NCBI GenBank assembly: GCA_035267645.1
Contig: DATFLN010000004.1
Span: 24,534-88,533, forward strand
Length of the DNA: 64,000 nucleotides
Origin: Gemmatimonadota bacterium
GTDB taxonomy: Bacteria > Gemmatimonadota > Gemmatimonadetes > Palauibacterales > Palauibacteraceae
Direction of reading: 5' to 3'
Part shown: piece after piece, positions 50,093 to 59,072 of the stretch
How positions within the stretch are numbered: position 1 is the stretch's first letter
Layout: every line of letters starts with the position of its first letter
Translations under genes and position numbers: made by a program
Notes under the pieces: model-generated
Seen by the model: the letters and a program-made list of their open reading frames with translations, nothing else
What the model was told of the DNA's origin: nothing
Databases searched by the model: none

Positions 50093-51310
50093 CTACAGCG
50101 TCCGCAGGTAAGCCGCCAGGTCGCTCTTCTCCTGCGGGGAGAGACCCAGGTCGAAGAAGGCGTCGTAGCGATCCACCACGTCCTCGAGGGTGGCCGCGCT
50201 CCCGTCGTGGAAGTAGGGCGCATGGTGGATGAGGCCCCGCAGCGGGGTGGACCGATACGCGCCCGTGGCGCTGCGCTCTGCCCAGGTCGGCTCGGTCGGC
50301 ACCTCGCTCGGATCGTGCAGGACGGGGGCGTCGGTCAGGTGCGGACCCGCGTGGCACCGGGCGCATCCCGCCTTGCCCTCGAAGAGCATCCGGCCCCTCC
50401 GGGACGCATCGCCCGCCGCGGTCCCCTCCGGCGCGCCCAGGCTGAGCTGGTACTCGCGCAGCGCCGCCAGGGCCGGCTGGACCAGGTTCGGACCTCCGGG
50501 CGAGACGTGGATTCCGAGGCGAGCGTCGGAGAAGCTCCCCTGCCCGTGCATCTGCGTCACGGCGACGTAGGCGTTCCAGTAGGAGATCGGGCCCTCGCCC
50601 GTGTAGGTCTCCAGCGCCACGCCGTGCAGCCCGTAAGCGGGCGGAATCACGACGGGCCCATCCATGCGGCCATCCACGTTGACACGCGCGTCGTAGAAGC
50701 CGGGTCCCCAGGACTGCAGGTACTGCTTGAGGGCGCCATCCGGAATCTCCGGGGAGGAGGCGACGATCGCCCCCACGTTCAGATCGTGGTTGGGCCACCC
50801 GTCCAGCCTGTGCCCCACGCCGGGCGCCGCGGCGTCGTCCACGGTAGAGTGGCACAGGGCGCAGGTGATTCCGATTCGCTGGATGTGGCCGTCTTCCACG
50901 CGGGCGGTCACGCCCACCACCGCGTTCAGGCGCAGGAGGGCCAGCGTGGTCGCGGGATCGTTCAGGTCCGCGCTCTCCAGCGTGCCGGGCGGGAGCGCGT
51001 CCACGTCCACCTTGAGCCCGAGTCCCAGCGCCTGGACGGGCGTCAGCGTCTCCACCACGCGGTTCAGGTGGAGTGTGTCCGTCCAGAAGCGCGGGTCGCC
51101 GAAGTCGTCGAAGCGGAAGATCGTCTTCCCCTTCGCTGCCAGCGCCGGGTCGACCGGCGTCTTCATGGTGCCGGACCCTTGGTTCGCTTCCACGCCCGTG
51201 ATCGCCGGCGCCTCCGCCCTGGACGCGCCCTCGCAGCCGTAGATCCCCACGACGACCGCTCCGACCGCCAGGAGCGTCGTCCACGTTCTCGCCGCCGTCG
51301 ACCTTTCCAT
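50093..51310 (-). CDS. Di-haem c-type cytochrome lipoprotein, CCP/MauG-like peroxidase superfamily
   Basis: 405 aa with GGAGGAGG Shine-Dalgarno. Lipobox VVGIYGC. Two CxxCH motifs (ITCALCHST and GCARCHAG). C-terminal APYFHDGSAATLEDVVDRYD is typical of CCP-like enzymes. Confidence 0.7.
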   Translation of the reverse strand: MERSTAARTWTTLLAVGAVVVGIYGCEGASRAEAPAITGVEANQGSGTMKTPVDPALAAKGKTIFRFDDFGDPRFWTDTLHLNRVVETLTPVQALGLGLKVDVDALPPGTLESADLNDPATTLALLRLNAVVGVTARVEDGHIQRIGITCALCHSTVDDAAAPGVGHRLDGWPNHDLNVGAIVASSPEIPDGALKQYLQSWGPGFYDARVNVDGRMDGPVVIPPAYGLHGVALETYTGEGPISYWNAYVAVTQMHGQGSFSDARLGIHVSPGGPNLVQPALAALREYQLSLGAPEGTAAGDASRRGRMLFEGKAGCARCHAGPHLTDAPVLHDPSEVPTEPTWAERSATGAYRSTPLRGLIHHAPYFHDGSAATLEDVVDRYDAFFDLGLSPQEKSDLAAYLRTL

Positions 51311-51337
51311 GTGCCTCCTCCTTTGCCGTCCCGCCGC

Positions 51338-51982
51338 TCAGTGCAGGGGAGCCAGCTTCACGTCCTTCATGCCGAGCGCCTGCGCCACGTCGAACAGCGC
51401 CTGGTTCGTCACCTTGTGCAGGTTCGTGTCGAACGCCGCGCTCCTGGCCGCGTTGGCGTCCTCCATCACCTGGCCGTGGATCCCGTGGGAGAGGAGGACG
51501 TCGAAGAGCCGGCCCGACCAGAACGTACCGTCCGGTCCGGTGCCCGCCTCGACCAGCGCCCGGGCCAGCGCCGCGCCCGTGAGATCGTCGGGCGCCTCGG
51601 GCAGCGCGACGCCGGCTTCCGTGGCGCGCTTGAGCCCGTCGGCCACCGCCAGGTCCAGGCCGTCCAGCCAGTCCTTCACCGCCTGCTGGCCGTACTGCTT
51701 GGTGAGCTTGGCCACCTCGGCGTCCACGGTCTCCTTGCCCAGCATGGAGACGAGCGCCGTCTGGATCTGGAAGGACTCCGCGCCCCCGCCCGCCTTCACG
51801 AGAGCCGCCGTGGTCCCCAGCGACGGCGCCCCGGTGAAGGCCTCGCCGCCGTATATGTTGTTGACCTTGCCGGACGTCTGGCTCGCCTGGGCCGTGGCCC
51901 CGCTCGTGGCCAGCGCCAGGGCGGTCACCGCCGCGCCGCAGGTCGCCGCCGCTCTCCAGCTACGCTTCAGGATCGTCGTCAT
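51338..51982 (-). CDS. Secreted protein of unknown function (no family recognised)
   Basis: 214 aa with a strong GGAGGAGG Shine-Dalgarno. Signal AAATCGAAVTALALATSGATAQA. High GC3. Lies 27 nt upstream of the di-haem gene. Confidence 0.6.
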   Translation of the reverse strand: MTTILKRSWRAAATCGAAVTALALATSGATAQASQTSGKVNNIYGGEAFTGAPSLGTTAALVKAGGGAESFQIQTALVSMLGKETVDAEVAKLTKQYGQQAVKDWLDGLDLAVADGLKRATEAGVALPEAPDDLTGAALARALVEAGTGPDGTFWSGRLFDVLLSHGIHGQVMEDANAARSAAFDTNLHKVTNQALFDVAQALGMKDVKLAPLH

Positions 51983-52051
51983 GTCGCGCCTCCTCCTCTC
52001 ATGGGTGATGTGTCTCTCGGTCCGGCTCGCATCATCGTGGAGCGCTCCCCG

Positions 52052-52885
52052 CTAGGACCCGGCGGACAGGTCTGCCAGGTACGCCGAGACGTCGCCCCCG
52101 GGGTACAGCGGATCCAGCACTCGTCGCACCGGCTCGGTCAGCAGGCTCAGCAGCTCCTTGCCGCCCGCGTCCGCCAGCGTGGCCAGCGTGAGGCTGCGTG
52201 CGATGTACGACGAGATCAGTCCGCGCAGGAGAGGCTCCTCGGTGAGGACGCCCCGGGGCGTATCCGGTCCCAAGGCTCCGACCAGCGCCGTGCGGCCGTC
52301 CGCCACGATCAGGAGCCAGCGCCCATCGCGGTCGGCGCTCAGATCATAGCGATGGATGTCGCCCTGGCAGCCGCCGCACTCGGTCGGACACCGCTCCATG
52401 CACAGCGTGAGGATCCCGACCCCCCGCTCGCTCGCAGCCCGGAGGGATTCGGCCAGCATCCCCGCCTCGGCCGGCTGAATGCCGACCTCCAGGCGCCTCC
52501 GGGCCCCGTCGATGACTTCGCGAGCCCGGGACAGGACCTCGTCGCCCTCGAGGTTGAGGACCGCGGGGGGCTCCTCGCGCGGCCGGAGCCGCGAAAGCGC
52601 CCGCCGGGCCCGACCCAGGGTCCGGCGCTGGAGGTCGCCCACCTTCCGGACGAGCGCCGCGGGCGTCACGGCGCGGTAGCGCGTACCCTCGGGCGTATCG
52701 ACGCGGTGGGCCGCGCCCCGCTCCACGAGCTTCGCGGCCACTCCGTACACGTTGGCGCGCGGGATCCCGGAGGCACGGGCCAGCTCGTAACCGTTCATCG
52801 AGCCGCCCTCCACGAGAGCAGTGTACGCTCGCGCCTCGTACTCGCTGAATCCGAGGTCCACGAGCACGGTCTGCGTCTCATCCAT
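52052..52885 (-). CDS. TrmB-family transcriptional regulator with a Cys-cluster in the C-terminal domain
   Basis: Start trimmed to ATG 52885. LVDLGFSEYEARAYTALVEGGSMNGYELARASGIPRANVYGVAAKLVERG is a TrmB-type wHTH. Cys cluster: LTLCMERCPTECGGCQGD (C-x3-C-x3-C-x2-C). Confidence 0.8.
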   Translation of the reverse strand: MDETQTVLVDLGFSEYEARAYTALVEGGSMNGYELARASGIPRANVYGVAAKLVERGAAHRVDTPEGTRYRAVTPAALVRKVGDLQRRTLGRARRALSRLRPREEPPAVLNLEGDEVLSRAREVIDGARRRLEVGIQPAEAGMLAESLRAASERGVGILTLCMERCPTECGGCQGDIHRYDLSADRDGRWLLIVADGRTALVGALGPDTPRGVLTEEPLLRGLISSYIARSLTLATLADAGGKELLSLLTEPVRRVLDPLYPGGDVSAYLADLSAGS

Positions 52886-52919
52886 GATCCGTCCCACCCT
52901 TCCGCCGCCGTGGTGGCGC

Positions 52920-52939
52920 GTAGTTGCTCCGACAACTAC
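52920..52939. promoter_or_regulatory. Inverted repeat GTAGTTG-N6-CAACTAC overlapping a candidate minus-strand promoter (TTGCGT-N18-TATAGT) for the trmB operon
   Basis: Read directly from the sequence as an A/T-richer island in the trmB/yceI divergent region. The -35 is the reverse complement of 52962-52967 and the -10 is the reverse complement of 52938-52943. Confidence 0.35.
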
Positions 52940-53127
52940 TATACTGAGGATGAACGGCGGAACGCAAGGGGCGTCCGGGCGGTTCGAAAACGCGGGATCG
53001 AGAGCGCACCGGCCGGCCGGTGCTCTCCGCCGGAACCCGCGGCACGGCAGATGCCCACGAGAGCTCGAGGTGGGGCCACCGGGCACGACCCGTCGGTGGT
53101 CCGGGCGACCTCAACGGAGAACACGCG

Positions 53128-53838
53128 ATGAAACCGCTCCAGATCTTCCCGATACCGGCGGCGCTCCTGGCCATGGCGATGGCCGGGATGGCCGCGCCCG
53201 GAGCGAGCACCTCGGGACCTCCGCGCCGGCTGCCGCCGCATCCCGCGCCCCTCCCTCCGCGGCGCACCTCCGGCGGCACAGACACGACCTCGTGGCGCGT
53301 CCTACCCTCCAGCACCTTCGAGGTGAGGACGAAGGCGAGCGGTTTCCTGGCGGCGCTCTCGCACGAGCACCGGGTGGCGGCCACGGCCTTCCGCGCCTCG
53401 CTCGCCTACGTTCCCGGCGACCCCTCGTCGGACCGCATCGACGTGACCGTTCCGGTGGACAGCCTGGAGGTGCGGACGGCCGACGCCAGTCCGGCCCAGC
53501 TCCGCGCCATTCGGAAGCACATGATGGAGGACGTGCTCCGCCCGGACCGTCACCCCGAGATGCGCTTCGTGTCGAAGAGCGTGACGCCGACCGGCGACGG
53601 CGTGCGGGTGGAGGGTGAGTTGACCCTGGCGGATTCCACGCGCACCGTCCGGGTGGAGGCGGATCTGGAGGTCCACGGAGACACGCTGGAGGCGGCGGGG
53701 ACCCTCCCGCTCAGGCAGACGGACTACGGGATCGAGCCCTACTCTTTCGGCTTCGGCGCCATCAAGGTCGCGGATCGCCTGGACCTGCGGTTCGACGTCC
53801 GGGCCGTCCGGACGGAGGCGGGGTCCGGCGGAAAGTGA
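53128..53838 (+). CDS. YceI-family periplasmic (polyisoprenoid-binding-like) protein
   Basis: Start trimmed to ATG 53128, with signal LLAMAMAGMAAPGAS. Motifs SSTFEVRTKASGFLAALSHEH, HPEMRFVSKSVTP and GELTLADSTRTV...LRQTDYGIEP. Confidence 0.8.
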   Translation: MKPLQIFPIPAALLAMAMAGMAAPGASTSGPPRRLPPHPAPLPPRRTSGGTDTTSWRVLPSSTFEVRTKASGFLAALSHEHRVAATAFRASLAYVPGDPSSDRIDVTVPVDSLEVRTADASPAQLRAIRKHMMEDVLRPDRHPEMRFVSKSVTPTGDGVRVEGELTLADSTRTVRVEADLEVHGDTLEAAGTLPLRQTDYGIEPYSFGFGAIKVADRLDLRFDVRAVRTEAGSGGK

Positions 53839-53988
53839 CGTTCCCCGGCGCCGGGGCGACCACGCACGACCGACCCGCGGGCGGGGAGCGACGGGCGCCC
53901 TCGGAGGGCGCTCGTCTCGCGTGACATCTTTCAGGTGGCGGGAGCGGCGGGCGACCCGCGACCATCGACTTCGGTCCGGAGGACATCG

Positions 53989-55167
53989 ATGCACACGTAC
54001 GACTATCTGATCGTGGGCGGCGGCATGGCCGCCGACGCCGCCGTCGGCGGCATCCGAGAGGTCGACCCCGAAGGCTCGGTCGGCCTCGTGGGCGGCGAGG
54101 AGGTGCCGCCCTACGACAGGCCGCCGCTCAGCAAGGGCCTGTGGAAGGGGGGCGAGGAGGCCGACATCTGGCGCTCGGCGGCCGCGGAGGGGGCCGAGCT
54201 CCACCTGGGCCGGCGCGTGGTGGCGATCGACCGCCAGGCCCGCACGGTGCAGGACGACGCCGGCGAGACGTACGGTTACGGCCGCCTGCTCCTGGCCACG
54301 GGCGGCCGGCCGCGCCTTCTGCCGGGAGCGCCCGAGGGCGTCATCCACTACCGCACGGTCCGCGATTACGAGCGCCTGCGCGACCTGGCCGGGGAGGGCC
54401 GTCGTTTCGTCGTGATCGGGGGCGGCTTCATCGGGAGCGAGATCGCCGCCGCGCTCACGATGGCCGACGCGGCCGTCACGGTCGTCTTCCCCGAGAGCGA
54501 CCTGTGCGCCCGCCTGTTCCCGCCGGGCCTGGCCCGCTTCGTCTCCGATCACTTCCGCGAGCGGGGAGTGGGCGTCCGCGACGGCGCGTCCGTGACCGGC
54601 ATCACCCGGGACGGAGACGGATACGAGGTCGCGCTGGACTCGGGCGACGCGCTCCGCGCCGACGGCGTCGTGGTCGGGATCGGGATCGTCCCCGAGACCG
54701 AGCTGGCGAGCGAGGCCGGGCTCGAGACGGGCGACGGGATCGTCGTGGACGCGCACCTCCGCACCTCCGACCCCGAGATCTTCGCGGCCGGGGACGTCGC
54801 CGCCTTCCCCCACCCCGCCCTCCGGCGGCGCATGCGGATCGAGCACGAGGACGCCGCCAACACGATGGGGCGGCAGGCGGGCCGCAACATGGCGGGGGCC
54901 GACGAGCCCTACGAGCACGTCCCGCTGTTCTACTCCGACCTCTTCGACCTGGGCTACGAGGCGGTCGGGCGCGCCGACGCCCGGCTCGACATCGTCGAGG
55001 ACTGGACGGATGAGTTCGGCCAGGGGGTGCTCTACTACCTGGACGAGGGCCGGGTGGAGGGCGTGCTCCTGTGGAACACCTGGGGACAGGCCGACGCGGC
55101 CCGCGGCCTGCTTCGCGACCGCTCGAAGGTCCTGCCGGGCGACCTGGCGGGGCGCTTGCCCGAGTAG
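53989..55167 (+). CDS. FAD-dependent pyridine nucleotide-disulfide oxidoreductase (ferredoxin reductase/AIF-like)
   Basis: Start trimmed to ATG 53989 (MHTYDYLIVGGGMAADAAV). Second Rossmann fold FVVIGGGFIGSEIAA; AAGDVAAFP. Confidence 0.85.
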   Translation: MHTYDYLIVGGGMAADAAVGGIREVDPEGSVGLVGGEEVPPYDRPPLSKGLWKGGEEADIWRSAAAEGAELHLGRRVVAIDRQARTVQDDAGETYGYGRLLLATGGRPRLLPGAPEGVIHYRTVRDYERLRDLAGEGRRFVVIGGGFIGSEIAAALTMADAAVTVVFPESDLCARLFPPGLARFVSDHFRERGVGVRDGASVTGITRDGDGYEVALDSGDALRADGVVVGIGIVPETELASEAGLETGDGIVVDAHLRTSDPEIFAAGDVAAFPHPALRRRMRIEHEDAANTMGRQAGRNMAGADEPYEHVPLFYSDLFDLGYEAVGRADARLDIVEDWTDEFGQGVLYYLDEGRVEGVLLWNTWGQADAARGLLRDRSKVLPGDLAGRLPE

Positions 55168-55301
55168 GACCTCCGGGCGGGCCGCCGGAGGCGGCTCGTG
55201 ACGGATCGCTCGTAGCGTCGTCTGTGAGTCGACGGGCGGGGACACGGGATGCGCTTTCGTCCGGTTCGGCGACGATTCCGACGCGAAGCACGGAGGCGGC
55301 G

Positions 55302-56162
55302 ATGCGAAAGACGCGACGGTCGACGGCGGCGATGGCTTTCCTCGGAGCGGGAGCGCTCGTGGCGGTGGCCGGGTGCGGCAGCTCCACGGGTCCGGCGGGC
55401 ACCTCGAGCGTGTCCCTCTCCGTGGCGACGTCGGGGGCGGCCGCCGCGACATCGGGCTCGACGAGCCCGGCCATGGACGTCACCCAGTCGGCGGGGGACA
55501 ACACCCTCGTCCTGCAGGGCGTCTCCCTGGTGCTGGACAAGCTGGAGCTCCAGTCGACCGACGGGGCCTGCGCGGCCGAGGCCGAGTCGGAGTCCGGGAG
55601 CGAGGCGGACGGTGAGGAGTCCGGCGCCGAGCACGAGCAGGACATGGGGGACGGCTGCGCCGAGGTGGAGACGGGCCCGCTCCTGGTCCAGCTTCCGCTG
55701 GACGACGCGGTGACGCACATGGCCCGGGTCGACCTTCCCACCGGCACCTATAGGAAGCTCGAGATGGAAATCCATCCGCCGCGGGCCGGGGACTCGGGGG
55801 ACGCGGACTTCCTGGCCGCCCACCCGGACCTGGAGGGCGTCAGCGTGCGGGTCACGGGGACGTGGAACGGGGAGCCCTTCACCTTCGAGCGCGGGATCGA
55901 GGCCGAGCAGGAGATCGCACTGGACCCGGCGCTCGAGGTCACCGACGCGACCACGCCGGGCAACGTGACGCTGACGTTCGACGTGCGCTCGTGGTTCACG
56001 GCGTCCGACGGCAGCCTCATCGATCCGTCGACCGCCGGCGAGGGCGGCGCCAACGCCGAGCTGGTGGCCGAGAACATCCGCGCCTCGCTGCGGGGCTTCG
56101 AGGACGCCGACCACGACGGACACGAGGACTCCGGGGACGGATCCGGCGGCACCGGAGGCTGA
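55302..56162 (+). CDS. Lipoprotein, DUF4382-like
   Basis: Start trimmed to ATG 55302 with lipobox LVAVAGCGS. Acidic Cys-flanked insert and an acidic, His-containing C-terminus EDADHDGHEDSGDGSGG. The family call is from memory of the pattern LVLDKLELQ...TYRKLEMEI. Confidence 0.55.
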   Translation: MRKTRRSTAAMAFLGAGALVAVAGCGSSTGPAGTSSVSLSVATSGAAAATSGSTSPAMDVTQSAGDNTLVLQGVSLVLDKLELQSTDGACAAEAESESGSEADGEESGAEHEQDMGDGCAEVETGPLLVQLPLDDAVTHMARVDLPTGTYRKLEMEIHPPRAGDSGDADFLAAHPDLEGVSVRVTGTWNGEPFTFERGIEAEQEIALDPALEVTDATTPGNVTLTFDVRSWFTASDGSLIDPSTAGEGGANAELVAENIRASLRGFEDADHDGHEDSGDGSGGTGG

Positions 56163-56267
56163 GGCGCCCGAGCCGGGCCGGCGAGGGGCGAGGAGCGCCC
56201 CGAGTCACCCGCACGATCCACCTCCCGCTGGCCCGACCGCCCGGGGCACCGGCGACCGCGACGTGGC

Positions 56268-56680
56268 CTAGCGCCGCGCCGAGGCCCCGCGCGAGCTCGA
56301 CCGCGTCGCCGACCCCCGGAAATGCGCCGAGAACAGGTGCGCGTCGGCGAAGAGCGCGTGGTTGCGGAGGGCCCGATGGACCGGGTTCACCGCCGACGCG
56401 GTCAGCACGACGTCTCCGGTCGCGGCCACCCTCCCCTTCCCCACGGGCTGGCAGCCCAGGACGATAGCCCCGGGGCTTCCCTCCCCGTGGACGTGCATGA
56501 ACATGACGCGCGGGGACTCGAACAGGGGGTGATTGTGGCGCGCGGTCTGGGCGCCCCCCCTCCCGCTCGAGCCTGGCCATCAAGGGACCGACGTCGTCCA
56601 TGGTGAGCACGAGTTCGCCCATGGCGACCACGCCCCCGCCGGGTCGGGTCTCGTGACTCCAACGTCCTTCCCCGGGGTCG
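56268..56680 (-). pseudogene. Frameshifted relic of a DUF1259 (LpqO/LppY-like) gene
   Basis: By my own translation, family-like segments lie in alternating frames. These are GVVAMGELVLTMDDVGPLMARLEREGG, then GAQTARHNHPLFESPRVMFMHVHGEGSPG...TGDVVLTASAVNPVHRALRNH...AHFRG, then VGDAVELARGLGAAL. The frame switches fall at C7 (56554-56560) and C5 (56313-56317) runs. Confidence 0.55.
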
Positions 56681-57005
56681 GGATCCTCAGCCGGCCACCG
56701 CCGGCCCGAGGTGGACTTCCCCACCTCCCGGCCCTGTGTGTCTCGAGATCGAGGCGCACAGCTCCCACGTCGGCGAGTTGCAGTCGTCCGAGATTTCCAG
56801 AATTGAGCGTCGATTGAGTCTCCGCTGAGCCAGAATTGAAGGCCGACTCCGAAGTTGGCGGGTGCGGCCCGGGGCGTAGGTCTCGAGCCGTCGTCGGATG
56901 GCCCGCCCGGCCTCGCCCGGGACGGGCTCGAGCGCTCCGTACGCAGAGCTTTCGAAGGCGGCGTCATGTTGACGCCGCGCCTGTTCACTCCGAAAGGAGA
57001 CTCAC

Positions 57006-57647
57006 ATGCAATACGCCAACGAGAATCCGTGCCCGGGCTCCCGGCTCGGGCGGCTCCTCGTTCCCGTCGTGCTCGGCCTGCTGCTGACGATACCGGCCTG
57101 CCAGCAGCAGCCCACGGGCGCAGCTCCGCTGACGCCGAAGGCCTCCGGTACCAAGCGGCCATCCGACGTGCCGGTTCCCCTCTTCGAGGTGAACGTGTGG
57201 GGAGAGGGGGAGCTGTGGCAGATGCTGGACGCCCACGAGCCCTCGAACGCCGACGAAGCCTCGGCCGCCCCTTTCTACGTCATCGCGCCCGTGGACGCTA
57301 GCGATCCGCAGTCGACGCTCTTCTTCGGCGCCCACGACCACGTGGTGCCCGTGCCGCCCGCCAACCATGGCACCTATTCGGACGTCTGGCACCTGGTGTT
57401 CGTGGTGCCGGCCAGTGGCACGACGACGGGCTCGGACATCGGTGATGAGGCCGACGTGCTCGTGAGGTCGACTCTAGTCGGCGACCTGGCCTACGCCGCC
57501 GACCTGGACGGTAACGGAACCGTCGAGTCCGACGAGGTCCTGACCAGCGACGACCGGGTGGATGCGGCGGAGGAGCGGGGCCTGGTGACGATCACCGACG
57601 CTTTCTTCCCCGACTTCGTCTTCATCTGTCCCGTCCGGCCCCTGTAG
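57006..57647 (+). CDS. Lipoprotein of unknown function with an EF-hand-like Ca-binding loop
   Basis: 213 aa. Lipobox LLLTIPAC and high GC3. DLDGNGTVESDE fits the 12-residue EF-hand/dockerin loop (D-x-D-x-N-G-x-V-x-x-x-E). Confidence 0.65.
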   Translation: MQYANENPCPGSRLGRLLVPVVLGLLLTIPACQQQPTGAAPLTPKASGTKRPSDVPVPLFEVNVWGEGELWQMLDAHEPSNADEASAAPFYVIAPVDASDPQSTLFFGAHDHVVPVPPANHGTYSDVWHLVFVVPASGTTTGSDIGDEADVLVRSTLVGDLAYAADLDGNGTVESDEVLTSDDRVDAAEERGLVTITDAFFPDFVFICPVRPL

Positions 57648-57939
57648 ACGAGGGTGAGCCAGCCCGGCGTCGGAGCGGGCGTGCCGTGCCGACGTTGCGG
57701 GGGTCGCCCCGCACTTGCTCGAGCGCTCCGTACGCGCTCGACGACGCCGGGCTCGGCCTCTCACCGAAGGAGGAGAAGGTGCGGTACACCACCACGCGCG
57801 CTGGATTCCGCGGAGCGGCCGTCGCGGCGGGGCAAACCCCGGGTCGTATTCGACGAGTGCCCGCTCGTGGGTGAGGCTCACCGCCACCCGGTTCACGCCG
57901 TGCCCACGCGCCCCCGCAGGCGATAGCGCTGCGGCTGCC

Positions 57940-58401
57940 CTCGAGAACGCACGGGCGAAGGCCATCCCCGCCTCCACCGGGGTGGCACTGGTGAGGGACC
58001 GCTTCCGCATCAGGAGCTCTTTCGTCAGCACCGGTTCGACGAAGACCGGCTTGCCGCCGCAGTAGCCCACGCGCATGTCGCCCATGAACGCTTCCCCTTC
58101 GCTCGTCGTCTTCGACGTGGTCGGAACCCTGGAGTTCTGGTTCACCCGGCTCCTCCACGCGGCGTTCGCCTCGACGCTCGCCGCCGCCGGCCTGCGCCTG
58201 GTCGCGCTCACGAACGGCGAGGCCGGACTCGTCCAGGGCCATGGCCGCGTACCCGAAGGTGCGGGCGGGGTCCGAGTTGCACAGGTCGTTGAAGTCCGAA
58301 AGCGGGGAGAGGCGGACGCCCACGCGCTCCGGGCCGATCTCCCCCGCCAGCGCTTCATCGCCCATCGTACCGGCCAGCACCACGACGGAGAATTTGGCCA
58401 C
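57940..58401 (-). pseudogene. 5'-truncated, frameshifted Old-Yellow-Enzyme (NADH:flavin oxidoreductase) relic
   Basis: ORF 57622..58401 begins ...GPERVGVRLSPLSDFNDLCNSDPARTFGYAAMALDESGLA, which is OYE-like (compare NemA ADRIGIRVSPIGTFQNV). Homology continues in the frame of ORF 57474..58358 (EANAAWRSRVNQNSRVP...GGKPVFVEPVLTKELL) after a 1-nt shift near 58205-58215. The N-terminal roughly 170-190 aa are missing. Confidence 0.6.
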
Positions 58402-58541
58402 CGTTCATCTCATCCGACGAGCATTTCGCGAAGGAACACGGTCCGTTGATCTGTCGTCGTGGAGGGAACAGCGGCACCTGGACGGCAGTCCCGGGGGTCG
58501 AGCGGCCGCGGCGGGAACGGGAGGCGAGGAGATCGGGGGGC

Positions 58542-58570
58542 TTGACATTATGTGTTATCACACGTATAAT
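58542..58570 (+). promoter_or_regulatory. Perfect consensus sigma-70 promoter (TTGACA-17 bp-TATAAT) driving a probably leaderless marR transcript
   Basis: TTGACA at 58542-58547 and TATAAT at 58565-58570, with the marR ATG at 58577, i.e. at the expected TSS. My hand count for 58541-58600 is 29/60 G+C. Confidence 0.7.
58549..58558. promoter_or_regulatory. TATGTGTTAT box inside the promoter spacer (candidate MarR operator), copy 1
   Basis: The exact 10-mer recurs at 59063-59072. It is part of the imperfect palindrome ATTATGTGT-tatc-ACACGTATAAT. Confidence 0.45.
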
Positions 58571-58576
58571 ACGGCC

Positions 58577-59044
58577 ATGAGCGGACGGCTTCAGGACGAG
58601 ATCAAGCAGACGCGCCCTTTCGGGAGCCTCGAACAGGAGGCGTACCTCAGCCTGGGACGGACCTGGGCGGTGCTGGAGCACGACACGGCGGAAGCGCTGA
58701 GGCCCCACGGCATCACGCCGACCCAGTACAACGTGCTGCGCATCCTGCGGGGAGCCGGGAGCAAAGGCCTGTGCCGAAGCGAGGTGATGGAGCGCATGAT
58801 CGCCCGGGTGCCCGATGCTACGCGTCTTCTGGACCGTCTCGAGGCCGCGGGACTCATTGCCCGGGAGCGCAGCAGCGAGGACCGCAGGTTCGTCACCACC
58901 CGCATCACCGAGGAGGGTAGGCGGCTCCTGGGGGAGCTGGACGAGCCCATCCTGGAGCTTCACGACCGCCAGTTCACAGGTCTCGACCAGAAGGCCCTGC
59001 GCGGCCTCGTCGAACGACTGCAGCGTGTGCGGCAATCGAAGTGA
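58577..59044 (+). CDS. MarR-family transcriptional regulator
   Basis: Start trimmed to ATG 58577. [69 protein letters not shown] is a canonical MarR wHTH. Confidence 0.9.
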   Translation: MSGRLQDEIKQTRPFGSLEQEAYLSLGRTWAVLEHDTAEALRPHGITPTQYNVLRILRGAGSKGLCRSEVMERMIARVPDATRLLDRLEAAGLIARERSSEDRRFVTTRITEEGRRLLGELDEPILELHDRQFTGLDQKALRGLVERLQRVRQSK

Positions 59045-59062
59045 GTCTCTTCTTGAATGTAA

Positions 59063-59072
59063 TATGTGTTAT
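59063..59072. promoter_or_regulatory. TATGTGTTAT box, copy 2, in the marR-doxX intergenic region
   Basis: Exact repeat of 58549-58558. It is preceded by CTTGAAT, echoing CTTGACA at copy 1. Confidence 0.4.

Noticed and set aside
49235-53131. A 1298-aa plus-strand ORF. Similar long ORFs occur at 9031..12267(+), 16525..19164(+), 12062..14281(+), 29339..32044(-), 42548..44206(-) and 24709..27021(+).
   Set aside because: All are antisense or out of frame relative to genes with clear family motifs. They have Arg/Gly/Pro-dominated composition, no recognisable domains and no Shine-Dalgarno sequences. I treated them as non-coding shadows.
56017-57162. A 381-aa minus-strand ORF spanning the gap between the DUF4382-like gene and the lipoprotein gene.
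   Set aside because: Most of it is Arg/Pro-rich nonsense that overlaps two plus-strand genes. Only two short stretches are protein-like, and these belong to the frameshifted DUF1259-like relic reported as a pseudogene.
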